From IMG/VR virus record IMGVR_UViG_3300037245_003898: a stretch of DNA of 64,000 bases; one strand, written 5' to 3'. The position numbers were made by a program, and so were the translations under genes. The notes under the pieces were generated by a model that saw only the letters and a program-made list of their open reading frames with translations, was not told the DNA's origin and ran no database searches. The DNA comes from an uncultured virus (IMG/VR IMGVR_UViG_3300037245_003898) (lineage: Duplodnaviria > Heunggongvirae > Uroviricota > Caudoviricetes). Shown here piece by piece: positions 1 to 9,854 of this stretch. How positions within the stretch are numbered: position 1 is the stretch's first letter; each line of letters begins with the position of its first letter.

Positions 1-167
1 TCAAACTGTTTCTGATATAAATCCCAACTTTCCCGCAACTGGTCATAGAGAATTCGATAACTTTGCCTGCTTTCTTCTCGATTCTCTTTCTCGCTCTTGA
101 CAAAATCCCGTTTAATCTTCTCTTTATGTTTATTTTCTGTTTGTGTGAATTTTACGAATAAATCCAT
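1..167 (-). CDS. hypothetical protein, N-terminal part (runs off window)
   Basis: ATG at 167 with AGGAGA SD; open frame MDLFVKFTQTENKHKEK... to the window edge; not in ORF track. Confidence 0.6.
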   Translation of the reverse strand, partial: MDLFVKFTQTENKHKEKIKRDFVKSEKENREESRQSYRILYDQLRESWDLYQKQF

Positions 168-186
168 GATATTTTCTCCTAATCAA

Positions 187-1332
187 TTATGCAGAGATGC
201 GACACTTGGGGCACCACTTGCCCGATTTTATATTACCTGGACGAGCCCACCACCGATGTCCTTGGTCACACTCAAATTCCATTTTAGTTCTGTTGTTATT
301 ATACTTAGTTGAGACGCATCCACCACCGAGTTTTGCAGCCGCATCTTGAATGGACTGTAAACTGGCTCGCATCTTTTTTCCTGCTTGCTCATACCCACAA
401 AGATTACACCATCGGCCAGATCGAATTTGATTAAATGGGGCATCCCAAACATGGCCTTCTGAACATTTCCATTTCAATTTATGATGCGAACCCTGATAAG
501 AAGTGGACAAACATTGGCCCGAACGTTTTGCCGCAGCACTCTGAGCATCATCTAAGCTCAAGCGTCTATTCTTGTCCCCCACGCGAGCACTGCCACATTT
601 GTTACACCAGTGACCCGACTTCACATGCCTTGGCTCCATTGCAAAAATATGCCCTTTCTTACACTGGAACTTGCATTTGGTTTCACAGTCGATATACTCT
701 TGGCTCAAACATTTGCCGCCCAACTCCTGAGCAGACTTTCGGAGTGCTTTCAAGGAAGACAGTTTATCGTAAAATCCCTTCATACTTATGTTTTGTGTGA
801 GAATGGGCAAACCGGATTGTTGTGTGACATCTCGCAAAACAGCAAACAAATTATCATCTGTTCTGGATTGTTTGTAAGAGACCACGAACAACCTTATACT
901 CAGCCGCTCACATAAAACTCGTTTGCGCTCATCTCTTTCTTGGCTTCGCTGAAAACCCTCAGCATCCTTGTGCCAACCCTTCACAAACTTATAATGTTGA
1001 ATACCGTGATACTCGATAGCGATTTTATTATGTTCATTGAATAAATCTAATTCCTGTCCATTACCCAGAACTTTTCTATTGGATGGAAATTCAAGTCCAG
1101 TTAGTTGTTCAATGATAAATCTGCATTTTTCTTCAGTGAAGTGTTTACGTTTAGCGCATTTGGGACACCATCGGTTGTTATACAAGATGTTATTCGGCAC
1201 TGCTTCCCACTGATGGCCATCCTGACATTGCCACAGCAAATGAATAGTCAATCCCAGATATTCTTGTGATAGACATTGGCCGTTTTTCTTGTCAGCAAGT
1301 TCTTGCATGTCTTGAATCGAGTATTTGAACAT
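187..1332 (-). CDS. zinc-ribbon repeat protein with PD-(D/E)XK/Vsr-like endonuclease domain (homing-endonuclease-like)
   Basis: Four repeats of CLS..Y...W.C..GH.W...WCxxC; central ELDLF...AIEYHGIQHY nuclease motif; GAGGTG SD. Confidence 0.75.
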   Translation of the reverse strand: MFKYSIQDMQELADKKNGQCLSQEYLGLTIHLLWQCQDGHQWEAVPNNILYNNRWCPKCAKRKHFTEEKCRFIIEQLTGLEFPSNRKVLGNGQELDLFNEHNKIAIEYHGIQHYKFVKGWHKDAEGFQRSQERDERKRVLCERLSIRLFVVSYKQSRTDDNLFAVLRDVTQQSGLPILTQNISMKGFYDKLSSLKALRKSAQELGGKCLSQEYIDCETKCKFQCKKGHIFAMEPRHVKSGHWCNKCGSARVGDKNRRLSLDDAQSAAAKRSGQCLSTSYQGSHHKLKWKCSEGHVWDAPFNQIRSGRWCNLCGYEQAGKKMRASLQSIQDAAAKLGGGCVSTKYNNNRTKMEFECDQGHRWWARPGNIKSGKWCPKCRISA

Positions 1333-1386
1333 GTATCACCTCGCAGTATTATACCTCGATTCCTGACAAAATCCTGCAAGAAAATA

Positions 1387-1938
1387 CTAAGCAGCGTGCG
1401 ACTGACACGCAATTTTCCAAATCAAACCGCATGGGAGTCTCCAGAGATTGCTGGCTACGCCGGCTTCCCAAGTGCAAAGACGGTCCAAAACCTTGACCTT
1501 CGGGATACCCATACGCTTAATCTGGTAAGGGAGATACAAACCCCGATAATCTTGGCCCCACATGAAATACACTCCGTCTTTTTCCTCATCCCAGGAAAGA
1601 GGGTCAGATATATACCGAACGTCTGTGACTAACGTGAAATGGAACGAACTGGTATGGATTTTAGAAGGGGAAATACCTTGGGTTTTCAAATCATTGTGCA
1701 AATTAGTGACAACTATATCAGCGCTATCACATATATTCTGAGATTCCTTCAGAAACCCTGTCCGACAAGCTTCCTCTCCTTCAGCGTCTACCATGCCAAC
1801 GTAAAATCCTTTGTGCGCAATATTCAGAGATGCATGCAATTCGCTTTTTTCGGCGAACAACATCGCAGGGTCTAGTAGAGACGCCAGTTTACTCCGACAA
1901 TGATTTGAGAGCATCTCCCATTGACTAACATTCAGCAT
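1387..1938 (-). CDS. AMMECR1-domain protein (AmmeMemoRadiSam protein A-like, degenerate)
   Basis: C-terminal DGVY...RGLYLP...LDRLC..EAG...W pattern of AMMECR1; LRGCIG and DPRF motifs degenerate; start refined by AAGGAG SD. Confidence 0.7.
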   Translation of the reverse strand: MLNVSQWEMLSNHCRSKLASLLDPAMLFAEKSELHASLNIAHKGFYVGMVDAEGEEACRTGFLKESQNICDSADIVVTNLHNDLKTQGISPSKIHTSSFHFTLVTDVRYISDPLSWDEEKDGVYFMWGQDYRGLYLPYQIKRMGIPKVKVLDRLCTWEAGVASNLWRLPCGLIWKIACQSHAA

Positions 1939-2206
1939 CTTCATCTCCTTCATTGGGCGGTTCGTCAATAGTGTCACTATCAACCAAAGCAGCAAACTCT
2001 CTTAGCGATTTGCCTTGGCAATAATCAACCACACATCCTTGAGAACAAAAATGCGAGAAGGATTCACGCTCGTTGATGGGAATAATCCCGTCGCCATCGG
2101 CGACAATGACTTGAATAGCGAACCAGTATGGAGGCATGTCCTCATCATCTTCCAATAGATAATGCTGGCCGCAACCGTCACATATCATTGTGCTACGTAC
2201 TGACAT
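1925..2206 (-). CDS. small zinc-binding hypothetical protein
   Basis: CDGC ... HFCSQGC; AGGAG SD. Confidence 0.6.
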   Translation of the reverse strand: MSVRSTMICDGCGQHYLLEDDEDMPPYWFAIQVIVADGDGIIPINERESFSHFCSQGCVVDYCQGKSLREFAALVDSDTIDEPPNEGDEDAEC

Positions 2207-3152
2207 TTTTTTGCTCTCCTTTAATAAGTTGCTCAATCCTGTTCGATGCTCCTTCCAGAGCTAAGTGCAAACGAGCCTTTTTCTTATAATCTGATATCGC
2301 TTTGGGCTCCTTGGCCAAATTGCTCATGCATTCGTCAAAGTTCGAGCTTTCCAGAGCGAAAGGAGCAAAATATCCTCGGCGGTAATATGAACTACCTCCG
2401 AAATTCATTAAAACTACCCGCTTTGAACACGCCATCGCATCCAGAACAACAGTAGAATTCCTGTGAGTCAAAACGCATTTAGAATCAACCACGACATCCA
2501 GCGCAGGGGCGGCAGGATCGATGAACTCCGAGGCAGGAAAAAGCTTACGCAAAAGGTCTAGTTTTCCTTCCCTGTAATGAGGATGAACTACCACTTTGTG
2601 CTCTACATCAAGACCTCGAAGAGTCTTGACCATCTTCTCATGCTCTGGATGGGCAATCGACCGAGAACTAGCATTCAATTCCAGCATCACAGGTGGGGAG
2701 AAATATACATAGTCACCCTCTCGACACTGGAGATTATCGTAGCGGGGGTTCCCTGTTACCTCTACCCGAGAACGTTTTCCATATGGCCACGATAGGATCT
2801 CTTTCTTTATATTTTCACCATAAACGCAGGTACAATAAGGCAGATATCGGGGGCTTCTCTTGTTCTTAGTATAAACCCACTGACCATGCTGAAGGAAGAA
2901 ACATTTGACCTTATGTTTGGCACTCCAGTTACAAATTTCTTGTCCTGTTGGCCAGAAAATGTCCCCGATCATTATCGCATCAAAAGAAGGCAGTTTATTC
3001 AGGAATTCTGATACCTGACCCGCTGTAAGCACATCCATTTTACGACCAAGGGACGCCAGATCTGCCCATATAATCTGTAAATCAGAACTTTCAGCGAATC
3101 GTTGGAATGATTCGTTGGTAACTTTATTATACTTTAGTAGTAGAACTCGCAT
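2193..3152 (-). CDS. GT-B fold glycosyl/glycerophosphotransferase-like protein (possible CMP/CDP-donor transferase)
   Basis: LQHG, TGNPRYD, HPH and NSTVVLDAMA motifs. Confidence 0.6.
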   Translation of the reverse strand: MRVLLLKYNKVTNESFQRFAESSDLQIIWADLASLGRKMDVLTAGQVSEFLNKLPSFDAIMIGDIFWPTGQEICNWSAKHKVKCFFLQHGQWVYTKNKRSPRYLPYCTCVYGENIKKEILSWPYGKRSRVEVTGNPRYDNLQCREGDYVYFSPPVMLELNASSRSIAHPEHEKMVKTLRGLDVEHKVVVHPHYREGKLDLLRKLFPASEFIDPAAPALDVVVDSKCVLTHRNSTVVLDAMACSKRVVLMNFGGSSYYRRGYFAPFALESSNFDECMSNLAKEPKAISDYKKKARLHLALEGASNRIEQLIKGEQKNVST

Positions 3153-3203
3153 GCGCTATTATACTATTGTGCTACTATTTCCCACAACCTCCTGTGACAA
3201 TTG

Positions 3204-4037
3204 CTAACATCTTCGTTCTCCTCTGTATTTGAAACCCAGCGTTTTCTCTGCAAAAGCAATTACTCTACTCTCCCACAATCCCTGTTCATCAAAACCTCTT
3301 CGAATCTGACCTTTATGGGCTCCAAATAGTTTGTTTTTCCATAAGTATTCTTCATGACCCAGAATGCGACATCTAAGCCTTCTCTTCTGTTCGTCGCTTA
3401 GGGCAGGTATCACATGGTTCTTTGGACGAACGAACGGCATCACAATACCTTCATAACCCTTAGAATAAAACGCTGCTGGCATCTTCCATCCAGTATCAGC
3501 ATAAATAGCAGCGCCTACTGAAAACCCCATTACCTCTGCCAGATCGGCTTCAAGATGCTTTTTGATAGGATGAGCCCGTTTACCCCGTGTTAAAATTGGC
3601 TCAAATTCGGGATTACATTCTTTTAGTTTGTTTGAATCAAACATAATGAACCTTACACAAGGAAAAATCTTACATCTATTGTCAGGAATTTGAAAACCCA
3701 TCGCAGCAACATTTCCTTCGATCTCCTGAACGCATATATCATCCCAATTCTTCGATAAAACCGCCACATCAGCGTCACAAAGAAGAGTAAAATCGGATTC
3801 AATATGTCGCATGGCTCGTTTCAAAACTTCGGCATGAGTGAGATCCCCTGGTCCGGGCTGTACTTCAACAGAGTCGATGATCTCAATATTGTTGGGAGGA
3901 TATTCTACGCCCCCTTTGATACCTCGATATCGAATAGTATGTTTGCCACTCTCTAAATGTCGATATAGCTGACAGGCTAAATCTGCGAACGGCTCTGACT
4001 TAGGACCGAGGGCCAAAATAACATCTATCGTTGCCAT
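3204..4037 (-). CDS. GT-A fold glycosyltransferase
   Basis: HAEVL...FTLLCDADVAV (DxD), DTGW motif. Confidence 0.6.
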   Translation of the reverse strand: MATIDVILALGPKSEPFADLACQLYRHLESGKHTIRYRGIKGGVEYPPNNIEIIDSVEVQPGPGDLTHAEVLKRAMRHIESDFTLLCDADVAVLSKNWDDICVQEIEGNVAAMGFQIPDNRCKIFPCVRFIMFDSNKLKECNPEFEPILTRGKRAHPIKKHLEADLAEVMGFSVGAAIYADTGWKMPAAFYSKGYEGIVMPFVRPKNHVIPALSDEQKRRLRCRILGHEEYLWKNKLFGAHKGQIRRGFDEQGLWESRVIAFAEKTLGFKYRGERRC

Positions 4038-4801
4038 ATTCGAATGTACTCACTGATAGCTTCATTATAGGCGTTTACATCGCCTTCTCGGCTGACAAAA
4101 TGTTCAATCGAATCCCCAGGAGCCCTGTTTCGCTTGGGGTCGGTTTTCTTCCACAAAACAATGCCCGGCTTTTTTAGTGCAGCAGCAACGTGATACAACC
4201 CTGTATCATTGGAAATGAAGCCATCACACTGAGCCAGAACACTCACTGTATCTCGAAGTGATAGTTTGCCGAGATAGTTTTCTACATCTGCAATCTCTAT
4301 AGGAGCCCAAAACTTCCGTGCATCATCCCCATTGCCAAGCAAAACAGGTTGCAGGCCCGCTGTTATTACTACATCAAGCATGTGCTGACGAACGAGTTTT
4401 GGCAAGGTTTTGTGAGGTTGCCAATATCTCCCAAGACAACCATGTACGATAGCAATTCTACGCTTTGAGGAAGGCTTAAGGTGATAAGTAATCCTGCTGT
4501 CTACATAATAATCTGGAGTCTTCTCAGGAACAGTTTTACACAAGCTTTTGATGAAACGAGTTACGTTGTCAGAGCCGTCTTCTCTTGGAGGCTTACTAGT
4601 ACAACGTGGTGAACCCTGGGGTCGTTCTTTTACTCTTCGCAGAAACGGACAATCCCTAAACAGTTTCACCAAGCTTTTTGTCTCAAAGAAAACAGGCACA
4701 GGGCCTTGTTGGTCACAGGCAATGCGCAAAGCTGGTGTCATCATCATGAAGTTGCCAAGCTCATATCCTTGTTGCTGTAATACCCATGCTGTAGTCGCCA
4801 T
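4025..4801 (-). CDS. GT9 (heptosyltransferase-like) glycosyltransferase
   Basis: LGNFMMMTPALR; GKLSLRDTVSVLAQCDGFISNDTGLYHVAAAL. Confidence 0.85.
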   Translation of the reverse strand: MATTAWVLQQQGYELGNFMMMTPALRIACDQQGPVPVFFETKSLVKLFRDCPFLRRVKERPQGSPRCTSKPPREDGSDNVTRFIKSLCKTVPEKTPDYYVDSRITYHLKPSSKRRIAIVHGCLGRYWQPHKTLPKLVRQHMLDVVITAGLQPVLLGNGDDARKFWAPIEIADVENYLGKLSLRDTVSVLAQCDGFISNDTGLYHVAAALKKPGIVLWKKTDPKRNRAPGDSIEHFVSREGDVNAYNEAISEYIRIWQR

Positions 4802-5579
4802 ACATCGCCTTCACATATCCATCAATAGCTTTATTATAGGCTTCCGCATCTCCTTTTTGGCTCACGAAATGTTCAACGAAGCCACCTGGAGCCTTATTCT
4901 GCTCGGGATCTGTTTGTTTCCACAAAACAAGGCCCGGCTTTTTTAGTGCGACCGCAACGTGGTACAACCCTGTATCATTGGAAATGAAGCCGTCACACTG
5001 GGCTAAAACGCTCACTGTATCTCGGAGTGATAACTTGCCAAGGTAATTCTCTACATCAGAATCCACATCTATAGACCAGTTATCTTCTTGCACACCCAGC
5101 AAAACAGGCTGCAATCCACTTGCCCTCGGCATTTCTAACATGTGTTGTCTGACAACTTTTGGTAGAGTTTTCTTACGATGCTTGGCCCGAGAAGACAAGA
5201 CGTTACAACCATGAAAAATAGCTATACGCTTCTTGGAAGATGGTTCAAGAGAATACGTAATCTCGCCATCCACGTAATACTTCGGCAGTCTCGCTGGAAC
5301 TTCGCCACATAGGATTTTGATGAAACGCTTTACATCCTCTTTGGGAAGCTTGCGTGATGGCTTATCTCTCGGCGGTTTACTAGTACAGCGAGGAGAATTG
5401 GCCGGACGGTGCGAAAGGATTTTTAGGAATGGGCACTGCTTGAAGAGCTTAGCTACGTTTTTTGTCTCGAAGAAGACAGGAATAGGACGGCGCTGTTGTT
5501 TGGATGCCAGACGCAGAGCTGGCGTCATCATCATGAAGTTACCAAGCTCGTTGCCTTGTCGTTGTAATACCCATATCAT
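4761..5579 (-). CDS. GT9 (heptosyltransferase-like) glycosyltransferase, tandem paralog
   Basis: Same motifs as 4025..4801, near-identical C-terminal DNA. Confidence 0.85.
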   Translation of the reverse strand: MIWVLQRQGNELGNFMMMTPALRLASKQQRRPIPVFFETKNVAKLFKQCPFLKILSHRPANSPRCTSKPPRDKPSRKLPKEDVKRFIKILCGEVPARLPKYYVDGEITYSLEPSSKKRIAIFHGCNVLSSRAKHRKKTLPKVVRQHMLEMPRASGLQPVLLGVQEDNWSIDVDSDVENYLGKLSLRDTVSVLAQCDGFISNDTGLYHVAVALKKPGLVLWKQTDPEQNKAPGGFVEHFVSQKGDAEAYNKAIDGYVKAMYGDYSMGITATRI

Positions 5580-5917
5580 GCTTTACCGCTTAGCTCAATG
5601 CGATAGCTGTCGTCATCTTCATGGTGTGTGGAAAACTCAGCTATCTGGCTATCATCTAGTCCCGTAAATCTGTGATAAATACCAGGAGTGAGATGAACAG
5701 CATCGCCAGGCTCCATAACGCAACTCTCGCCCGACACCTCCATCAAAACCTTCCCTATGAGAATATAGAACGTTTCATCTTTGATTTTGTGATAATGAAT
5801 ACTGCATCGATAACCTTTATTCAAGATAAGTATCTTGCCGCAATACTCATTGTTGTTAGCAATCCACAGTTCTTTGCCCCAAACCTTCTCGACTTTCTCA
5901 GGCTTGTAGACTTTCAT
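5576..5917 (-). CDS. cupin protein (mannose-6-P isomerase/D-lyxose isomerase-like)
   Basis: KVWGKE...SIHYHKIKDETFY...PGIYHRF cupin motifs. Confidence 0.8.
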   Translation of the reverse strand: MKVYKPEKVEKVWGKELWIANNNEYCGKILILNKGYRCSIHYHKIKDETFYILIGKVLMEVSGESCVMEPGDAVHLTPGIYHRFTGLDDSQIAEFSTHHEDDDSYRIELSGKA

Positions 5918-6912
5918 TGTTGGTCCCCATTAGAAGCGTATTTCCTGATTTCATGCAGCAGTTCTTCGTGGCCACAGACAGCAGTACCGATTTTTTGAAC
6001 AACAATACCTGCCGCAATATTTGACACAAACAGAGAGGGTTTCACTCTCATTCCACTCGCAATACAGGCGGCGAAGACACTGATAACTGTATCTCCTGCC
6101 CCTGTTACATCAAACCGTTGCCTCGGATCGTGTTCATCTATACTGGTATAAGCCGGGAATGACTCGACGTAACCGTTCTCATCTAATCCAAGAATCCCAT
6201 CATCCGCCATGGTTATCACTACTGATGTCAGTGATAACTCGTTTTTAAGAGACTGAGCGATATCACTCGCACTTGAGAGAGCATCAACATGGCCTCCCCC
6301 AGCCATCTGCCTGGCTTCCTCAAGATTAGGGAAAATAGCCCAGACATCTTTGAAGATTCTTTTGTTCATAGGTTTTATATCGCAAAGCACAGGACAATGA
6401 AAGCAAGTTTTTATCACCGACATAACCTTTTTGTCGATAGTCCCCTTGTTGTAATCAGACACAACCACTACATCGAAACGTCCCAATGATCTTAGGGATG
6501 TCAATAGAATCTGTTTTTCGGGAAGTGTATTGAAATCGGAGTCAATATCATATCGAACTATGTGTTGCCCATTAGCCAAAACCCGTGTCTTACAGATGGT
6601 TGGAAGAGAGGTATCTATAACCGCATCTGCATTGACATTGGACTTTTCAAAGTTGCTCTTCAAAAACAACCCCTCATCATCCTTGCCAACAAACCCAGCT
6701 ACAGTCACATCGCATCCAAGCTCGGCAAGATTAGCCACAACATTAGCAGAGCCACCTGGAACCAAACTGCGTTTCTGGGCCGTAACAACTGGGACAGGGG
6801 CTTCAGGAGAGATACGAGACGCTCGTCCACTTAGATAGACATCAAGCATCAAATCCCCAACGACAAGGACTTTCTTTCCTTTGACCTTTGCTAAAGACTT
6901 GAGAATCTTCAT
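5914..6912 (-). CDS. heptose-7-phosphate kinase (RfaE/HldE domain I, PfkB family)
   Basis: VVGDLMLDVY..RISPEAPVPV, SDYNKG, DVTGAGDTV. Confidence 0.9.
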   Translation of the reverse strand: MKILKSLAKVKGKKVLVVGDLMLDVYLSGRASRISPEAPVPVVTAQKRSLVPGGSANVVANLAELGCDVTVAGFVGKDDEGLFLKSNFEKSNVNADAVIDTSLPTICKTRVLANGQHIVRYDIDSDFNTLPEKQILLTSLRSLGRFDVVVVSDYNKGTIDKKVMSVIKTCFHCPVLCDIKPMNKRIFKDVWAIFPNLEEARQMAGGGHVDALSSASDIAQSLKNELSLTSVVITMADDGILGLDENGYVESFPAYTSIDEHDPRQRFDVTGAGDTVISVFAACIASGMRVKPSLFVSNIAAGIVVQKIGTAVCGHEELLHEIRKYASNGDQQ

Positions 6913-8042
6913 AGCCTATTTAGTTCTTCAGTAAGAACATCCACATCTTGCAGGTGTACCTCAGCATGATTACCGACATACACACATTGTTTATGAGCAA
7001 ACTCGGCGTTTACATCCTTCTGCCGGTCAGCATTGTTCATCATTGGGTGCCGATATAGATTCCCAGAAATCAAAGGACGAGATTCCACACCCAGTCTAAT
7101 AAGACAGTCCTTCACTTTTGTGATATCTCCGCGGGCTAAAATGGGCAGACAAAAGCTACTCACTCCCGATAGATTATAACTCGCGTGATATTTAGTATGA
7201 TCTAAGTGTTCGAAAAAATACTTGAGGTTTCTATTCCTGATTTCTATCGTCTCGTCAAGCCGGTGAAGCTGACGTATCCCTAATAAAGCATGAAACTCTG
7301 TGCTACGGACATTGTATCCTGGAATCAGAAAAGTGAAATATGGGTCAACGCCCGGAACAATCATTTCTCTCTGAGCTTCTTCCGGTAGCTCCCGTAGCAA
7401 ACCATGTGAACGCAACAACAAAAGGAGATGATATAGCTCCTTATTATCAGTGCAAACCATACCTCCTTCGACAGTAGTCATATGGTGTCCGTAATAGAAA
7501 GAGAAAGTAGAAGCCACTCCAAAGTTTCCCACCTTCTTGTTTCCAAAGTTAGCTCCACAGGACTCGCAGCAATCCTCTACCAATTGAACATTGTAGTCCC
7601 GACAGAGCCCCAGAAGCTCAGAGGTGACCGCAGGGAAACCGATCAAATGGGTCAGAAAAAGAAACTTCGGCGACATGCTCTCAAAAATCTTCTCCAGATG
7701 AACTAGATCAGGGCCAAAGTTATCCAAAGAAATATCGCATAACTGTGAAGTCATGCCAAGCTGAAGAACCGGAGCGACATTAGTAGACCAAGTAATCGCC
7801 TGGTTAACCCAAGGCCCTGCCCCAAATAAGTGCTTAAGCCCATCCACCAGAATCAAATTAGCAGAGGAACCTGAATTTACAAACACAGAATATTTACAAC
7901 CTTGCCATTCAGACCAAGCTGTTTCAAACTCATCTACCAACTTAAACTTCGTGAATCTATCAGAAGACAGAATGAAATCCGAAAGAGCGTGTTTGTCCTC
8001 AGCGTCAATCACATTATCGTGCATTAACTTCCACATATTCAC
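6909..8042 (-). CDS. DegT-family PLP enzyme, ColD-type GDP-4-keto-6-deoxymannose 3-dehydratase-like
   Basis: VNSGSSANL, EDCCES, SFYYGHHMTTVEGG (His at the Schiff-base Lys position), RSHG, PGYNVR. Confidence 0.8.
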   Translation of the reverse strand: MNMWKLMHDNVIDAEDKHALSDFILSSDRFTKFKLVDEFETAWSEWQGCKYSVFVNSGSSANLILVDGLKHLFGAGPWVNQAITWSTNVAPVLQLGMTSQLCDISLDNFGPDLVHLEKIFESMSPKFLFLTHLIGFPAVTSELLGLCRDYNVQLVEDCCESCGANFGNKKVGNFGVASTFSFYYGHHMTTVEGGMVCTDNKELYHLLLLLRSHGLLRELPEEAQREMIVPGVDPYFTFLIPGYNVRSTEFHALLGIRQLHRLDETIEIRNRNLKYFFEHLDHTKYHASYNLSGVSSFCLPILARGDITKVKDCLIRLGVESRPLISGNLYRHPMMNNADRQKDVNAEFAHKQCVYVGNHAEVHLQDVDVLTEELNRL

Positions 8043-8051
8043 AGTCCTGTT

Positions 8052-8486
8052 CTATTTTGTTTCTTCGGACTCCAACTCTAATTGGATATCCCAAGCGGAG
8101 TGATCTGCTGCCAGACAGTCAATTTTTTTGTCCTGTCTGTCACGCTCCCCTATGAGTTCCAGGATGTAATTCATCGACCCATTACGAATGCCATTAAGAC
8201 TGTGTGTCAATCCAAGCAAACTCATGTCCTGACTTTCGCCATTCCTAACTTTAGCTTCGTTGTACCATATGTGTTCGTTTATCTGAGCCAAAACCACTAT
8301 CGCCTTAATCAACTCTGATGAAAGCTTTAGATCATCATCCCGAACAATGAGATCCAGATCATCCATCATCGCACGCATTTCGCGTCTATATTTTTCTTTG
8401 TTTTCGGGAAGAAACACTTCTTTGAGCTGATGGATGCTTAGGCGATCAATTAACTCTGCAAACGTGGGTAACCATTTTCTACTCAT
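8052..8486 (-). CDS. conserved hypothetical helical protein (DUF6165-like)
   Basis: ELIDRLSI..LK, INEHIW..E..VR, N..R pattern. Confidence 0.5.
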   Translation of the reverse strand: MSRKWLPTFAELIDRLSIHQLKEVFLPENKEKYRREMRAMMDDLDLIVRDDDLKLSSELIKAIVVLAQINEHIWYNEAKVRNGESQDMSLLGLTHSLNGIRNGSMNYILELIGERDRQDKKIDCLAADHSAWDIQLELESEETK

Positions 8487-9616
8487 TGGCCATCTCCAAT
8501 AAACTGATGTGTTGTATTGGACACATGGCCGATGTCTTCCTCTGTCAAGTATTGATGAATCCCGAAATGCAGACCGTTTCGACCCACAAACTCTGCTTCT
8601 GGGAACTCACCAGGCTTATGTCCCAGAAACCCGAATGCGTCGTGCTGAGTAGGCATAGACCCGAACAGAGTCTTACACTGAATGCCGTTTTGCTCTAAAT
8701 GCTGATACAAGGCCCTGCATCTATCTGGGTTGTCTTCACGCAACACCAATGGAAAGGCGTGCGGAGAAACAAACTCACCCTGAGAGCCCAAATTGGGAAA
8801 CCAAAAAACATCACTTAGATCTTCCAGGAGTTCCATAAGAAATGCTCGGTTCATAACTCGATTTTCGATGGTCTGATGGAATTGCTCCAGACCTTCGAGC
8901 CCAATTGCGGCTTCCAGATCATTCATCTTCGAGTTTAGCCCTATCCTCAAAAAGTCAAAGTAGACACTTCCGGGTCTCCTGCCATGGCTTCTTGTGGATC
9001 TCAGAATGTCCGCCACATCTGGGTACATGGTAGAGCACATGCCGCCCTCGCCACAGACCACGATATGAGCCGTATAGAAACTAAACATAGATACATGTCC
9101 AAAAGTACCTACATAACCATTTTTGTACTGTGCCCCATGAGCTTCGCAACAATCCTCCATAACGAATAGATTGTGGTCATTAGCGATGGACAGTACCGCA
9201 TTCATGTCACAAGGTTTACCCATCGTGTGAGTAACCATGATGCCCACTGTCTTTTCAGTCAGAGCATCTTCTATCTTCTGCGGGTCGATATTCAGTGTGT
9301 CTCTGTCTATATCAACGAACTTAGGCGTAAATCCAGCCATCAGGATAGCATTCACCGTAGCAACGAACGTTAAGGCAGGACAAATAATCTCATCCCCTCG
9401 TTGTGCCTTCCTGTCATAAAGAGCCAAACAGGCGTTGATACAGGCGTCGGTTCCGGAACTCATGCTGACACTTTCGGTGTAGCCAAACAGATCGTTCCAC
9501 TGCTTCTCGAATTCTCTGACCATTGGTCCTTCGCTCGCCCAGTTAGTATCCATCACTGTCTGAAGATTTCTTCGAGCCGTCTGTCCTATCTTCAGGTCGC
9601 CAAATGCTACTTTCAT
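8483..9616 (-). CDS. DegT-family PLP enzyme, His-type (3-dehydratase-like)
   Basis: SSGTDA, PALTFVAT, EDCCEAHG, SFYTAHIVVCGEGG (His instead of Lys). Confidence 0.8.
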   Translation of the reverse strand: MKVAFGDLKIGQTARRNLQTVMDTNWASEGPMVREFEKQWNDLFGYTESVSMSSGTDACINACLALYDRKAQRGDEIICPALTFVATVNAILMAGFTPKFVDIDRDTLNIDPQKIEDALTEKTVGIMVTHTMGKPCDMNAVLSIANDHNLFVMEDCCEAHGAQYKNGYVGTFGHVSMFSFYTAHIVVCGEGGMCSTMYPDVADILRSTRSHGRRPGSVYFDFLRIGLNSKMNDLEAAIGLEGLEQFHQTIENRVMNRAFLMELLEDLSDVFWFPNLGSQGEFVSPHAFPLVLREDNPDRCRALYQHLEQNGIQCKTLFGSMPTQHDAFGFLGHKPGEFPEAEFVGRNGLHFGIHQYLTEEDIGHVSNTTHQFIGDGQ

Positions 9617-9617
9617 T

Positions 9618-9854
9618 TCATTTCCTTTCGACAGCCTCACACAAATAAGAGACCGAATCTATCTTCTCTATTTGGATATTCAGATCATTGCCACGGGGAA
9701 TCCGCCAGGCCCGCTGTTCAAAGCTAAGGATCAATTCGAACATATCAATGCTGGATAACAAACCGGATGAATGAAGTTTATCGCCCAAAGTAACTGACCC
9801 CTTACCTTTCTCTCGTAAAAAATCGTTAATGGCGTCTAAGATTTCCTGCTGCAT
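9618..9854 (-). CDS. acyl carrier protein
   Basis: 78 aa from MQQEIL; SGLLSSIDMFELI phosphopantetheine-type motif; directly downstream of an adenylation enzyme. Confidence 0.65.
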   Translation of the reverse strand: MQQEILDAINDFLREKGKGSVTLGDKLHSSGLLSSIDMFELILSFEQRAWRIPRGNDLNIQIEKIDSVSYLCEAVERK

